Shown here: positions 50,015-62,275 of the stretch, one piece after another
Numbering within the stretch: the stretch's first letter is position 1
Layout of the letters: each line of letters begins with the position of its first letter
NCBI RefSeq assembly: GCF_006345805.1
Contig: NC_042997.1
Span: 27,032,001-27,096,000, forward strand
Direction of reading: 5' to 3'
From: Octopus sinensis
Lineage: Eukaryota
Length of the DNA stretch: 64,000 nt
Notes under the pieces: model-generated
Seen by the model: the letters and a program-made list of their open reading frames with translations, nothing else
What the model was told of the DNA's origin: nothing
Database searches by the model: none
Position numbers and translations under genes: made by a program

Positions 50015-50234
50015 ACACCGGGGACGTTTAAGATGTAGGACGTTTAAGAGAAGACACCGGGGACGTTTAAGATGTAGGACGTTTAAGAGAAGACACCGGG
50101 GACGTTTAAGATGTAGGACGTTTAAGAGAAGACACCGGGGACGTTTAAGATGTAGGACGTTTAAGAGAAGACACCGGGGACGTTTAAGATGTAAGGACGT
50201 TTAAGAGAAGACACCGGGGACGTTTAAGATGTAA
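50015..50234 (+). repeat. 39-bp tandem array (5 full units plus 1 partial) at the 5' end of the R4-like element
   Basis: ACACCGGGGACGTTTAAGATGTAGGACGTTTAAGAGAAG at 50015, 50054, 50093, 50132, 50171 (40 bp) and a partial unit at 50211. Confidence 0.95.
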
Positions 50235-50430
50235 GAAGGAAAATACAGAGCTCCGAAATCTATCCACAAACATCGAAAACAAGGGCACCCTATGGAGCCA
50301 AAGATTTACTAACAAAGAATTGGACTATATCCGAGTAAGTAATACGAATTGAAATTTATTACTATTTTCGAAACGAAATGATGTATTTTGACTCGATATT
50401 ATCTCCACCTCTAACACAACACATGTAAAC

Positions 50431-53400
50431 ATGCGTGGAACAACACGATCATCCCCGACCTCAAACACCATGTACAAAGGAACTACGAAGAAATTAAATG
50501 CCACCGATACTATTCAACCCAAGAATAACAATCGAGCGGTACGTACATTAACCTACAACAAAAAATGTACGAAAAACTACACGTGCGAAATAATGTGACA
50601 ACAGAAATAAACGGACCGGTACCCTACGAAAATGACGACCGTCAAAATAATGGGCCGAACGTTGTACCTCATGTCCCGCAATTAAAACCCAAAAGACGTA
50701 AATGGACACGTGAGGAATACATTTCTATCTTACACGCATACTTCACAGCAATGCTCTACCCACAAAATGAAAACACAACAACACATACATATAAAATATG
50801 GAAGGAAAATAATAGAGATATAGACTTGGATACAGCAATGAACCCTAATAAATTAGCTAACGTACGAAGATACATTCTCAAAGCCAAAAAAATATCAGAA
50901 ATAGAAATAGAACATTTAAAAGAAAAGATACACCAGGAAAATGTAGATAGAAGCCACACAGCAATGCCCAATAATATAAACACTGAAACTGTAAAACACG
51001 AAGACAAACGCAACATTCCCAACAAACACGATGTAAACAACGAAGGGGAGCCTAATGATTATGATAATATAAAAAATAAAATAATCAAAGAACTAAAAAC
51101 CACAGAGCTCAAAATGGACCACCGACCATACCTCCCAAGAATAAAAATAAACGCAATAACAACACCAATTATAAACAACATAAACCTAGCCGTCACTGAA
51201 CTAGCCACTGAAACAAAAAAAAAAAAAGTGATATCACTGAACTAAATGACTTGATATACGCAGCAGCCACTGCAGCCACAAAAGAAGCTGGATACTCACC
51301 CAAACCCGCCCAAACAGGAGTACCACCACCCAAACAAACCCTGTGGATAAATAACATCCAAAACAAAATAAAAAAAAAATTAGAAAAGACCTGTCGATTC
51401 TTAATGAAATCAGCAAACAAGCAACGCTACTGAGCAACAAAAAGAGAACAAAAATGCTCCGCAAATATAACATCACAGAAAAAGATTTGCCGGAGATAAA
51501 AGAAAAGCTGAAGCAAGATATCTTTGCCAAAGCTCAAAGGATCCGCCGGTACGAGAAACGCCAACGCTTCTTTGAACAGAACAAAAAGTTCAACTCCGAC
51601 CCCAAAAAGTTCTACCAAGATCTGGGCAAAAATAAAATAGAAGTCACTGCAGCACCAACGGCAGAAGAATTGGAAGAATTCTGGAAAGAAATATGGTCGG
51701 CGAACGAACAGCCAAAAAAAAGGAGTATGAAAATAACAAACTCGGCATCTGAACAACTTTGGACCCCCATAACAACTGAAGAGGTCACCCAGGCACTGCA
51801 AAAACTAAGCAACTGGAAGGCACCTGGGCATGACAAGATCCCCAATTTCTGGTTGAAATATCTAACAGGAATGCACAAAAAGCTGGCTGAAAACTTTAAC
51901 AGCATACTAGCAGAGCCAGAGACAATGCCTGAATGGCTCACGAAGGGGAAAACCATCTTAATTCCCAAATCAAATGAAACAACAAAACCAGAAAACTACA
52001 GACCAATAACCTGCCTCCCTACTATGTTCAAGGCATTTACTGCAGTGATATCGCAAAGGCTGAACAAGCACCTGGACGAAAACAAACTGTTCCCAGAAGA
52101 GCAGAAAGGATGCCGCAAGGGCTCATATGGCTGTAAAGATCAACTAATGATTAATAAAGCCGTAACTGAAGACAGCCACAGAAAGAAGAAAGGCCTCAGT
52201 ATGGCCTGGATTGACTACAAAAAGGCGTTTGATAGCATCCCCCACACATGGATCCTCGAAACACTAGCCATTAACAAAGTAGCACCAACAATCATAAAAT
52301 TCATAGAGCACTCTATGAATAAATGGCAAACAGTCCTACACCTCCAAACAAAAGAGGGACTCATGAAAACTAAAGACATCCCCATTAGAAGAGGAATATT
52401 CCAGGGAGACACGCTCTCTCCACTCCTTTTCTGCTTGGCACTGTCACCTCTATCTGATATGCTAAATAGAACTGGATGCGGATATAAATGTTACGGCAAA
52501 ACGATCTGCCACCTTTTATATATGGATTACCTAAAACTATACGCTGCAAATGACAAACAGCTGGAAACACTATTAAAGACAGTTCATGGATTTACCAAAG
52601 AAATAGATATGAAATTTGGATTAGAAAAATGCGCCAAAGTAACCATGTAAAGAGGAAAACTAGTTAAGAGTAACAACATCACACTAGATAAAACCAATGA
52701 AATAAAAGAATTAGACCAAAGCCAAACTTACAAATACTTAGGAATCCATGAACTAGATAAGACACAACACACACAAATGAAAGAGAAAATAAAAAAAGAA
52801 TATTATAGACGAGTTAGATCAATACTAAAAACAGAGCTCAATGCTAAAAACAAGATAATAGGTATCAACACTTTAGCTGTCCCTGTTATAAGTTACAGCT
52901 ACAATATCCTTAACTGGACACGAAATGAACTGTCCAAAATAGATAGGAAAACAAGAAAAATACTGACAGGATCTAGGATGCATCACCCAAAATCTGACAT
53001 AGAAAGACTATATATACAACGTATAGAAGGTGGTAGAGGCCTTATACAGCTGGAAAACTACTATAAAATAACCACCATAGGACTGCAAAAATACCTACTT
53101 CAGAAGGAAGGAAAACTGATCCAGATAGCAGCAAAACATGAGCAAAACAAAAAACTGTTCTCAGTATTTAAGGAAGCTGACAAATACAAACAAGAAATCA
53201 TACCACCTAATAAACACAAAGAAGAAGAAGAAGATGATGAAGAAACAACAAAAGCTATAAAACAAATGAAATCCAAACTAAAAATAGAACAGCAACGAGC
53301 CATGATAAAATGATGGCAAGAAAACCCCTTCATGGTAAATACTGCACTAAACTAAACGCAAAAGAAATAGACAAAGAAAAATCCCAGCAATGGTTGAGAA

Positions 53401-54080
53401 GCTCAGGACTCAAAGCAGAAACAGAGGGATTTTTAATTGCAGCACAAGACCAAAGCCTCCCCACCAGAAATTACCAAAAACATGTAATGAAAAGAAATAT
53501 TACAAGTAACTGCAGAATATGTGGAGATGGACAAGAAACAATAAATCATATTATCTCTAGCTGCCCAGTCCTGGCTAAGAAGGAATATATTCACAGACAT
53601 GACAGAGTTGGAACCTACATACATTGGAAGCTATGCCAACATTATGGAATAACAACAGAAAAAAGATGGTATAGGAACACACCAGAAAAGGTCACAGAAA
53701 ACGAGAAAGCAACCATACTCTGGGATATGCCGATACACACAGATAGAGAAATTAAGGCCAACAGATCAGATATAGTTGTCAGAGATCATGAAGAAAAAAA
53801 ATGCTTTCTAATTGATGTATCAATACCGGCAGATGACAACGTGTCTGTAAAAGAAATGGAGAAACTCTCAAAATACAAAGACCTGGAAATAGAGGTAACT
53901 CGAATGTGGAACCTGAAAACAGAAACAATTCCTATCATAGTAGGTGCATTAGGCATGATAAAAAAATATTCAGACAAATACATAACAAAAACACCAGGAC
54001 TTACAAACACATATAACATACAGAAAATTGCACTACTAGGCACTGCACACATCCTACGCAGAACACTTTCCATACAATAA
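50431..54080 (+). pseudogene. Disrupted RT-RLE polyprotein of the family A element
   Basis: ORF pieces 50565-51245, 51251-51433, 51454-52650, 52777-53313 and 53310-54080; stops at 52648 and 53311, several frameshifts, YMDD changed to YMDY. Confidence 0.9.
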
Positions 54081-54173
54081 CCATCAGAGCATCACAACAA
54101 ATCACAGCACATACCTAAGGCACACAGAGCTGCGCTCGGTAGTGAAGTGAAAGCATGCTATAAAAATAAACCT

Positions 54174-54243
<70 letters not shown>

Positions 54244-54880
54244 CCTTTCTACTAAAGGCACAAGGCCTTTGGATGGAAGGAGAGTAGTCGATTACATCGA
54301 TCCCAGTGTTTCACTGGTATTTAATTTATCGATGCCGAAAGGATAAAAGGCAAAGTTAACCTCTGCAGAATTTGAACTCAGAACGTAATGACAGGCGAAA
54401 TACCGCTAAGAATTTCGTCCCTCGTGTTAACGATTGCGCCAGCTCGCCGTAATAACGATCCTTTCTACTATAGACACAAGGCTTGAAACTTTGAAGGAGG
54501 AGGCTGCTCATCAATTACATCGATCCCAGTTTACAAAAGGTACTTGTTCCATTAATCCCAAACGGATCAATGGTAAAATTTACCTCAGTGGAACCTGAAT
54601 TAAAAGGAGTAAATGCCCCTAAGCATTTTGAGCTAAAGATTCTGCCAAGTGATTGCCTTACCAATAATATTGATAATATTTTCTACTATAGGCACAAGGC
54701 CTGAAATTTTGTGATAGGAGGATGGTCGTTTACATCGTCTCCAGTGCTTGACTGGTACTAATTCATCGACTCCGAATGCATGAAAGACAAGTCTGACTCG
54801 GTGGAATTTGAACACAGAACGTAAAGACAGAGGAAATGCCGCTATTCATATTGTCCGGTGTGCTAACAATTCTACCATCT
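54244..54880 (-). mobile_element. Three tandem diverged SINE family M copies
   Basis: Repeated (a)tcctttctacta(a/t)ag(g/a)cacaagg-type tails and cores at ~54244, ~54457 and ~54680. Confidence 0.7.
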
Positions 54881-56139
54881 CGCACCCTCAGCATCAACAG
54901 AAATATCAACCAGAAGGTATATCTGCCAGCAAAAAGTCATACATAGTACACGAATATAAATAATAAAACCGTAAGTTATTTGGATTTGCGGAGTTTAAAC
55001 GCAAATGGTAATTATTGCACAAACTTTTGTACGAAGCTTTAAGGCGATAACTTTAAAAAAAATCTAATACTCAAATAATTAGCAACATTAACTCTTTTAT
55101 TTTACGGCTCTTTATTTCTTTATTTTTTATTTACTTTCATGTGGCAATAGATTGTATCTATTTTATTTATTTATTTATTTATTCATTTATTATTTTTAGT
55201 TGACTACGAATTTTGATTTTTAACTTAAATCATATTATAATTCAATTCCGGTTTCACGTAATTCATGATTTAATATTAATTTGATTTTTCTTTTGACTCT
55301 CTCAAATATTGTAATTAATTTTTACAAATAAATCGTGATAAGAATACTGAAAAATTAATATTTCGTTCTTTGAAATTCTCTATTATGACTGTTATGTCAA
55401 TGAAAAATACGATAAAATCTGTCTCTCTTCCCTGGCATTATCTCTGTCCGTTTATCGTCTTTCTTTTTGTGTCTCTACTTCACAATGTATCAGAATTCAA
55501 CTATACGGCATAGCGAGGATATATGATATAATTTAATGACAGTCATACTAACATGTTAGTCAAACTTTCGTGTAAGTTTTGCGCACTAACGCTCGTTAAT
55601 CGCAGAAGTTTGGGATTTGTCCTCAACGCAGCAATGCTTGTTGCTTCGGATTTTCTGACAGCAAAGTCGTTTAGGTAAATAAATACAAAAGTTGCCGTTA
55701 TTTAGTTCTGCGCCGTAGGAGCTGTAATACTGAGTTCAAAATGGCAGAGGAATTTCTTTCTAAAAACAACGTATAAGAGTTTTTTTCTGAAAGGAGGCAA
55801 AAAGCAGGTGAAGGTGTACAAAGAGGAAGAATAAAATCTATAACTTCAAGAAGAAAAGGGAGGTGTAGAGGAAGACAGGGAGAGAATGAAGTACAATAGA
55901 TGAGGTAAAGAGCAAAGAAAAGGCAACAGAAAGGAGAAAATGGAAAACAGGAAAGATGAAGTGAAAGAAAAATAGGATTTATAACGGAATGGAGAACGGC
56001 ATTCATTATGCTGCACCAAGCACGAAATTGTAGCGTTGTTCGATCCAGCTTTGCAAATGATCTCGATTAACCGCCTTGCTGGAAGCTGTTGATGAAATAG
56101 AATTCACACAAATATTTCATCTCTTATTCTACATGACAC

Positions 56140-56280
56140 AGTTCGACTTTCGCTGAGGTCGACTTTGCTTTTCCTCTTTTCGGGTTCGATGAAATAAGTA
56201 CCAGTTACGCACTGGGTTCGATATAATCGACTAAACCCCTTACGCCAAATTTTTCAAGGCCTTGTGACTAGAATAGAAAT
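56140..56280 (+). mobile_element. SINE family M fragment
   Basis: cgctgaggtcgactttgcttttcctc...agtaccagttacgcactggg. Confidence 0.65.
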
Positions 56281-56406
56281 AGTTATTCTGCATGACAAAT
56301 ATTTCTATTCACTCCACACAAACTAGAATCTAAAACACTGAGGCCAGATGATAAGATCTTGTGTTAAATACGGTGTGAAGAGCTTCCTCGGCAAATATGC
56401 GTGCTG

Positions 56407-57378
56407 TGTGCAGTCCAAATCCAAGATTTGCACTTCTGAGGGGCATAAGTTGAAGTCATACCTTAAACTTGCTGGCCTGCGTATTTGTTTATTCATAGGA
56501 ATGCTACTATGAATATGAATATATATAAAAATATGTATGTATGCATGCATGTATGTCTATATATGTACTTACATATATAAGTTCATATATATGAACACAC
56601 ACAATACGCGCGCGCGTGTGTCCAGTTGTTTGTAGTACTGGGTACAAGAAAATGCCATGTATGAAATTAGCAATATCACCCCAAATTTTTAAGTTGTGTG
56701 TAGAATTATGATCCGTCGTATGGTTTTTGATAAAGCAATGCATCAATTATATTCGGTGGAGTTATACTGTCATAGACCTTATGTGTTTCCATCTTTATAC
56801 TTTGAACTTTGAATACTATTGGGTTTTCTTCCTTTATAATCGAATGGTTTATCTAATGTGAGTAGAGTTGTATTTATTCCTTCGACTAGAATAGTTTGTA
56901 TATAGCTAGTTATTTTTACTTTTTGTCAGCCTAAATTTGTTATATTAGCTGAGAGGCATTTCTATGTCATTTATTCCTACTTCCCAACTTCTTTTCGGAA
57001 ACGTGTGCGGTTTGCCCAGCGGATATAGACTTTTCCTGGTCATGTATCAGAATATAAGTATCAGAATATAAGTATTCCGAGTGTTTATTGAGCGAAAACA
57101 CCTAAAGCTCCACGAGGCTCCGGCAGGGGATGGTGGTGATCCCTGCTGTACTCTTTCACCACAACTTTCTCTCACTCTTACTTCCTGTTTCTGTTGTACC
57201 TGTATTTCAAAGGGCCGGTATTGTCACTCTCTGTGTCACGCTGAATATCCTCGAGTACTACGTTAAGGGTACACGTGTCTGTGGAGTGCTCAGCCACTTA
57301 CACGTTAATTTCACGAGCAGGCTGTTCCGTTGATTCGGATCAACCGGAACCCTCGTCGTCGTAACCGACGGAGTGCTT
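56407..57378 (+). repeat. Arm 1 of an inverted duplication (partner 63023-64000)
   Basis: 56407 pairs with 64000; coordinate sum 120407 holds to 57218; ORF track gives identical translations on opposite strands. Confidence 0.92.
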
Positions 57379-57380
57379 CC
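57079..57380 (+). mobile_element. SINE family V, headless, tail variant 2
   Basis: Matches 19630-19942. Confidence 0.8.
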
Positions 57381-57962
57381 ACTTCCATTCCGATGCAATA
57401 TCATATGGAAAATTGTTTATTATCTAATCCCCTGTTGACATCAGTCTCTTAATCATTTTTAATTTAGTAGCTTATATTCCACTTAATAATATTACAATTT
57501 GACATTTATCCATTTCAATTTTAAATCAAATCTGACGTTGAGATTTTTGATTTGTTATCGGTTACACTTCCTCCTTGCCTAATTTTTCGTGACTTTAAAA
57601 ATGAAAAGATTTTTCTTCCTATTCTTTCTTTACTAATTATGGATTTCCGCTTTCTTTTGATTTTAGTTTATTTCTAATATTTCGTCTTTCGTGCAATTAG
57701 CTTCTACCTTGTACACCATTATTTCCTTGTATAGAGTAAACTACTTTTCACCACTTCATTTTACTTAAATCGTTTTGTATCAAATTATTCATCTAACTTG
57801 GCGTGCTTCATAGCATTTTTTTTTTCTGAACCCACATTTATTATTTTGGAATTGTTCTTTTCATTGAAATTGGTAGATAAATTTTACCAGATTAAAAGTG
57901 TGTTCAGAATGAAATTATTAGTTTTACACTGTAATTTCTTTAATCATTTTACTATTAGATTA

Positions 57963-58380
57963 AAGGCGGTGAGCTGGCAGAAAGGTTAGCACGCCGGGCG
58001 AAATGCTTAGCGGTATTTGGTCTGCCGCTACGTTCAAAGTTCAAATTCGGCGCGAAGTCGACTTTGCCTTTCATCCTTTCGGAGGTCGATTAAATAAGTA
58101 CCAGTTACGAACTGGGGTCGATATAATCGACTTAATCCGTTTGTCTGTCCTTGTTTGTCCTCTCTGTGTTTAGCCCCTTGTGGTAGTAAAGAAATACGTA
58201 TTTCGCCTGCCGCTACGTCCTGAGTTCAAATTCCGCCGAGGTCGACTTTGCCTTTCATCCTTTCGGGGTCGATAAATTAAGTACCTGTTACTCACTGGGG
58301 TTGATGTAATCGACTCAATTTCCATGTTTGTCCTTATTTGTTCACTCTATGTTTAGCCCCTTCTGGGCAATAAAGAAATA
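57963..58380 (+). mobile_element. SINE family M dimer
   Basis: Junction GAAATACG|TATTTCG at ~58198. Confidence 0.85.
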
Positions 58381-58489
58381 ACTTTTAGGTTGTTATGTTA
58401 AAGCTGTTGCCATGTCTTGCGTATCAGTATATTTTATGCCAATCAACGTATGATTGGTTTTGAATTCAGCTTTCAGTTTCCACCCGGAA

Positions 58490-58700
58490 GCGGTGAGATA
58501 GCAGAATCATTAGCACGCTAAGTAAAATGTTTAGCGGGATTTCGTCTGTCTTTACGTTCTGAGTTCAAATTCCGCTGATGTCTACCTTACATTTCATCCT
58601 TTCGGGGTCGATAACATTAGTACCAGTTCGGCATGGGAGTCCAAGCAATCGAGTTAACCACTTACCCAAAATTTCTGGTTTTCCTACCAAAATTTGAAGC
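58490..58700 (+). mobile_element. SINE family M, diverged, alternative tail
   Basis: gcggtgagatagcagaatc head and gagttcaaattccgc core. Confidence 0.7.
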
Positions 58701-59004
58701 CAATATTTACCCGATTCTTCTGAAATATATATTTCTAACTTGGTTTTGCTTTGCTATGTTTCATCTTAGTTTGATATACTGCTAATTTGTCAGTGTTTCT
58801 TATAATTCTAATTATTTCAATTCAGTATCAAAAATATCCAACTTAATGTTTCGACTTTTAATTAGTTTATTTATTCTTAAACTAGTTTGGTTATGTGTTT
58901 TACTACGCATTTTCCTAACACTGCTGAATTCGCGTACTCTCCTTTTTATGAACCAATGGGTTTTGAATGATACACACACACACACCACACACACACACAC
59001 ACAG

Positions 59005-59079
<75 letters not shown>

Positions 59080-59080
<1 letters not shown>

Positions 59081-60498
59081 TAGCAGCATCGCCCGGCGTT
59101 GCTCGGGTTTGTAAGGAAATAACTATAAAGCATTTTTAGAGAGTTATAGTCAAAAAGTAGTAAAAAATTCATTAAGAATGGAAAAAAATTATAGTAAATT
59201 TTTTTTTTAAATCCTTGACTCATCGTAGGCATTTTTAGAGAGTTACTTCCCTTATATAATAGCACAAAAAAGACATTAAAATGGAAAAAAATTATGTTAA
59301 ATTATTTTTAAAATCGTAGACTCATCGTAGACGCGCTAATACCCAGAAGGGCTCGATATAAATCACGATTATAAGATACTCGGTTTTGGTTAAACTGCAC
59401 CGCAAAATGTGGGAGTAGTTAGGAATCTAAATCGTAGGAGACAGACACACAACTTCACTTTTATATATAAAGATTTGTGCAACAACTAAAACATTCGGTT
59501 GTGCAAATTGTTTGCACAGGAAACCTGCCCTGTGTGGCGGTTTTTGCCGTTTTTGTGGATCTGTTTCAGCTTTTTTAGCGATTTCTGTTTTGGCGACTTC
59601 AAGCCAAGTCGTTGTTCTAAAAGAACGCTGGTCTCCTTGACAACGCTTTACGACGTTGATTTCCTTACACTCCCTTCCCCACAGCTTCATGAGGGAGGGA
59701 AGAAGGGGGAGAAGCAACACGGGTGCAGGTGTGAGCATGGACGCCAACTCCGCCGCCATCGACACACGAAAAAATATGCGTTAAAATGGAAAAAGGTTAT
59801 GGTAAATTATTTTTAAAATCGTAGACTCATCGTAGACGCGGGCTAATACCCAGACGGGCTCGATATGAATCACGACTATAAGATACCCGAATTTGGTTAG
59901 ACTGCACCGCAAAATGTGGGAGTAGTTCGGAATCTAAATCGTAGGAGACAGACACTCACACAACTTCACTTTTATATATATAGATATACTAGCAGTATCG
60001 CCCGGCGTTGCTCGGGTTTGTAAGGGAAATAACTATATAAGCATTTTTAGAGAGTTACTTCCCTTATAGATGCCAATTCGGGCTTTCTTAGCCATTTCTG
60101 TTTTGGTGTCTTCAAGCCATGAAGTCGTTCTAAAAGAACCCTGGTCTCCTTGACAACGCTTTACGACATTGATTTCCTTACACTCCCTTCCCCACAGCTT
60201 CACGAGGGAGGGAAGAAGGGGGAGAAGCAAACAGGTGCAGGTGTGACCATGGACGCCAACTCCGCCGCCATCGACACACGAAAAATTATGCATTAAAATG
60301 GAATAAAAAATGATGTTAAATTATTTTTAAAATCGTAGATTCATTGTAGACGCGCGCTAATACTCAGACGGGCTTGATATGAATCACGACTATAAGATAC
60401 CCGAATTTGGTTAAACTGCACCGCAAAATGTGGGAGTAGTTAGGAATCTAAATCGAAGGGGACAGACACTCACACAACTACAGTTTTATATATATAGA
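59080..60498 (-). mobile_element. Tandem non-autonomous Helitrons (units 59080-59473, ~59560-59984, 59989-60498)
   Basis: Minus-strand A|TC 5' ends at 59473, 59984 and 60498; 3' hairpin CCCGAGCAACGCCGGG plus CTAG|T at 59080 and 59989; internal blocks shared. Confidence 0.85.
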
Positions 60499-60802
60499 TA
60501 TATGGTGATGCATATTTGCCATTTGAATATGGCTAACCCATAAAGGTGGATGCTACTGTAGTTTGTATCCCCAGGAAGATATCTCCTCCAGCTGGCTATA
60601 GACACACTATCTGTGTCCTCTCAGTATTTGTAAAGGGGAGTCATCCTCCCCGTCTTCAACACATGATACACACGTACCCGAGTTTCAAGGTGTTTACCTT
60701 TCATCAGCGTGTGACAATCATGGTTGTCGATGAGAAGTCAGATCCCTTCACAAATACAAATACAAATACATATACTCTCATCAACAACCATGATTGTCAC
60801 AC

Positions 60803-60914
60803 GACTGCGCATGCGCGAAAGTGTGAATGCGCATGCGCGAACGTGTGACCACGCATGCGCGAACGTGTGACTGCGCATGCGGGAAAGTGTGACTGCGCAT
60901 GCGCATTCACACTT
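60803..60914. repeat. 22-bp-period array of five GCGCATGCGC-type palindromes
   Basis: Cores start at 60807, 60829, 60851, 60873 and 60895. Confidence 0.95.
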
Positions 60915-60918
60915 CTAA

Positions 60919-61137
60919 GTATTAGCGTGCGTCTACGATGAGTCTACGATTTTTAAAATAATTTAACATCATTTTTTATTCCATTTTAATGCATAATTTT
61001 TCGTGTGTCGATGGCGGCAGAGTTGGCGTCCATGGTCACACCTGCACCTGTTAGCTTCTCCCCCTTCTTCCCTCCCTCGTGAAGCTGTGGGGAAGGGAGT
61101 GTAAGGAAATCAACGTCGTAAAGCGTCGTAAAGCTAG
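60919..61137 (+). mobile_element. Inverted internal fragment of the same Helitron family, ending in CTAG|T
   Basis: Reverse complement of ~60160-60365. Confidence 0.75.
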
Positions 61138-61256
61138 TTGTATATAAAGTAAGATGACTTGCCTATAGAATTTATAATACTGGTTGTTTCATTCAGCAAT
61201 TTTTCGAAGGAGTCAGAGCTATATAGAAATGTATTGGAGATAACGATTTTCCTGAA

Positions 61257-61340
<84 letters not shown>

Positions 61341-61961
61341 CTGATTCTATTATTTCGTTTTGCCAAACACTGAATATCGATGTTTTCTCTTTTGACACAG
61401 CGTGGTTAGTGTATTGCCTCAGTTTTCTGGCTACTATGTTTATATACATTACATCAACTATCAGGGCCGAAGAGGAGATACTTATTTGTGCATATCTTCT
61501 AGATTTTGGTAAGGCTTATATTTTGTTGTTGTTTTCGCCTGCAACAAAATAATTGGATTAACGTAGCTCATAGTAGCGACGACGGAAGATGGTTTCAATA
61601 ATAATGGCAACTTGTACTCTTCTTCGAAGGGGAAACAATAAAGTACATAACATCTGTATAGTACAAACACTTCACAAATAACTGTAACACCCTCATCGTT
61701 AATGAAGTATAAAATGTACAAAAGAATGAATGAATAGATCAGGATCTACTATATGAGTGTCAGCTGATGGATTAAGAGAGGTACATTTATTTGATCATGG
61801 TGTAAGTGGGTGAACATTTCCCATACATCTTTGATCACTCGTTCCTTCTAAATGACAATGCAGTCCATCATGCATAGTTTCGAACAGTTTTAATTATATA
61901 TGTCTCTTAAGCCTAAATGAATCTAGAAAGTAGGCCATACCGATATTAATGTTAAATGTAA

Positions 61962-62245
61962 CTGGCACACCGTCGCTTACGACGACTAGGGTTCAAGTTG
62001 ATCCCATCAATGGAACATTCTGCTCGTGAAATTAACGTACAAGTAGCTGAGCGCTCCACGAGCACGCATAACCTTAACGTAGTTTTCAGGGAGAATCAAC
62101 GTGTCAAACAGTGTGACAAGGCTGGCCCTTTGAAAACCAGGTACTAGTCATTCTCGCCAGCTGAGTGAACTGGGGCAACCTGAAATACAGTGTCTGGCTC
62201 AAGGACACCACCATGCAATCGTAAACCGAATATCTTAACCACTAA
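61962..62245 (-). mobile_element. Diverged SINE with family V tail variant 2
   Basis: ctgctcgtgaaattaacgt...gtgacaaggctggccctttgaa...gtctggctcaaggacac. Confidence 0.6.
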
Positions 62246-62275
62246 GCTTTCATAACGTTAAATGTGCAGTGGTAA

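Larger units (their letters stand above)
50015..54180 (+). mobile_element. Near full-length R4/Dong-like RLE non-LTR retrotransposon (family A) inserted in (TAA)n
   Basis: (AAT)n on both sides; single-ORF layout with KRRKWTREE N-terminus, RT (KAPGHD, NYRPITCL, EEQKGCR, WIDYKKAFDS, QGDTLSP, YMDY), CCHC CRICGDGQETINHIISSC and RLE (RHDRV, RSDIVV, IDVSIP, KLSKYKDL). Confidence 0.95.

Noticed and set aside
50015-50234. CRISPR-like array (GGACGTTTAAGA repeats with spacers)
   Set aside because: The spacers are themselves repeated and very short, the context is eukaryotic, and no cas genes are present; it is a tandem repeat.
55741-55990. ATGGCAGAGGAATTT... possible LINE ORF1 start followed by a purine-rich tract
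   Set aside because: Early stop and no recognisable domain; cannot be supported.
56507-56746. Identical 79-aa ORF here and at 63661-63900 suggesting a duplicated gene
   Set aside because: Low-complexity, no domain or splice evidence; identity simply reflects the inverted duplication.
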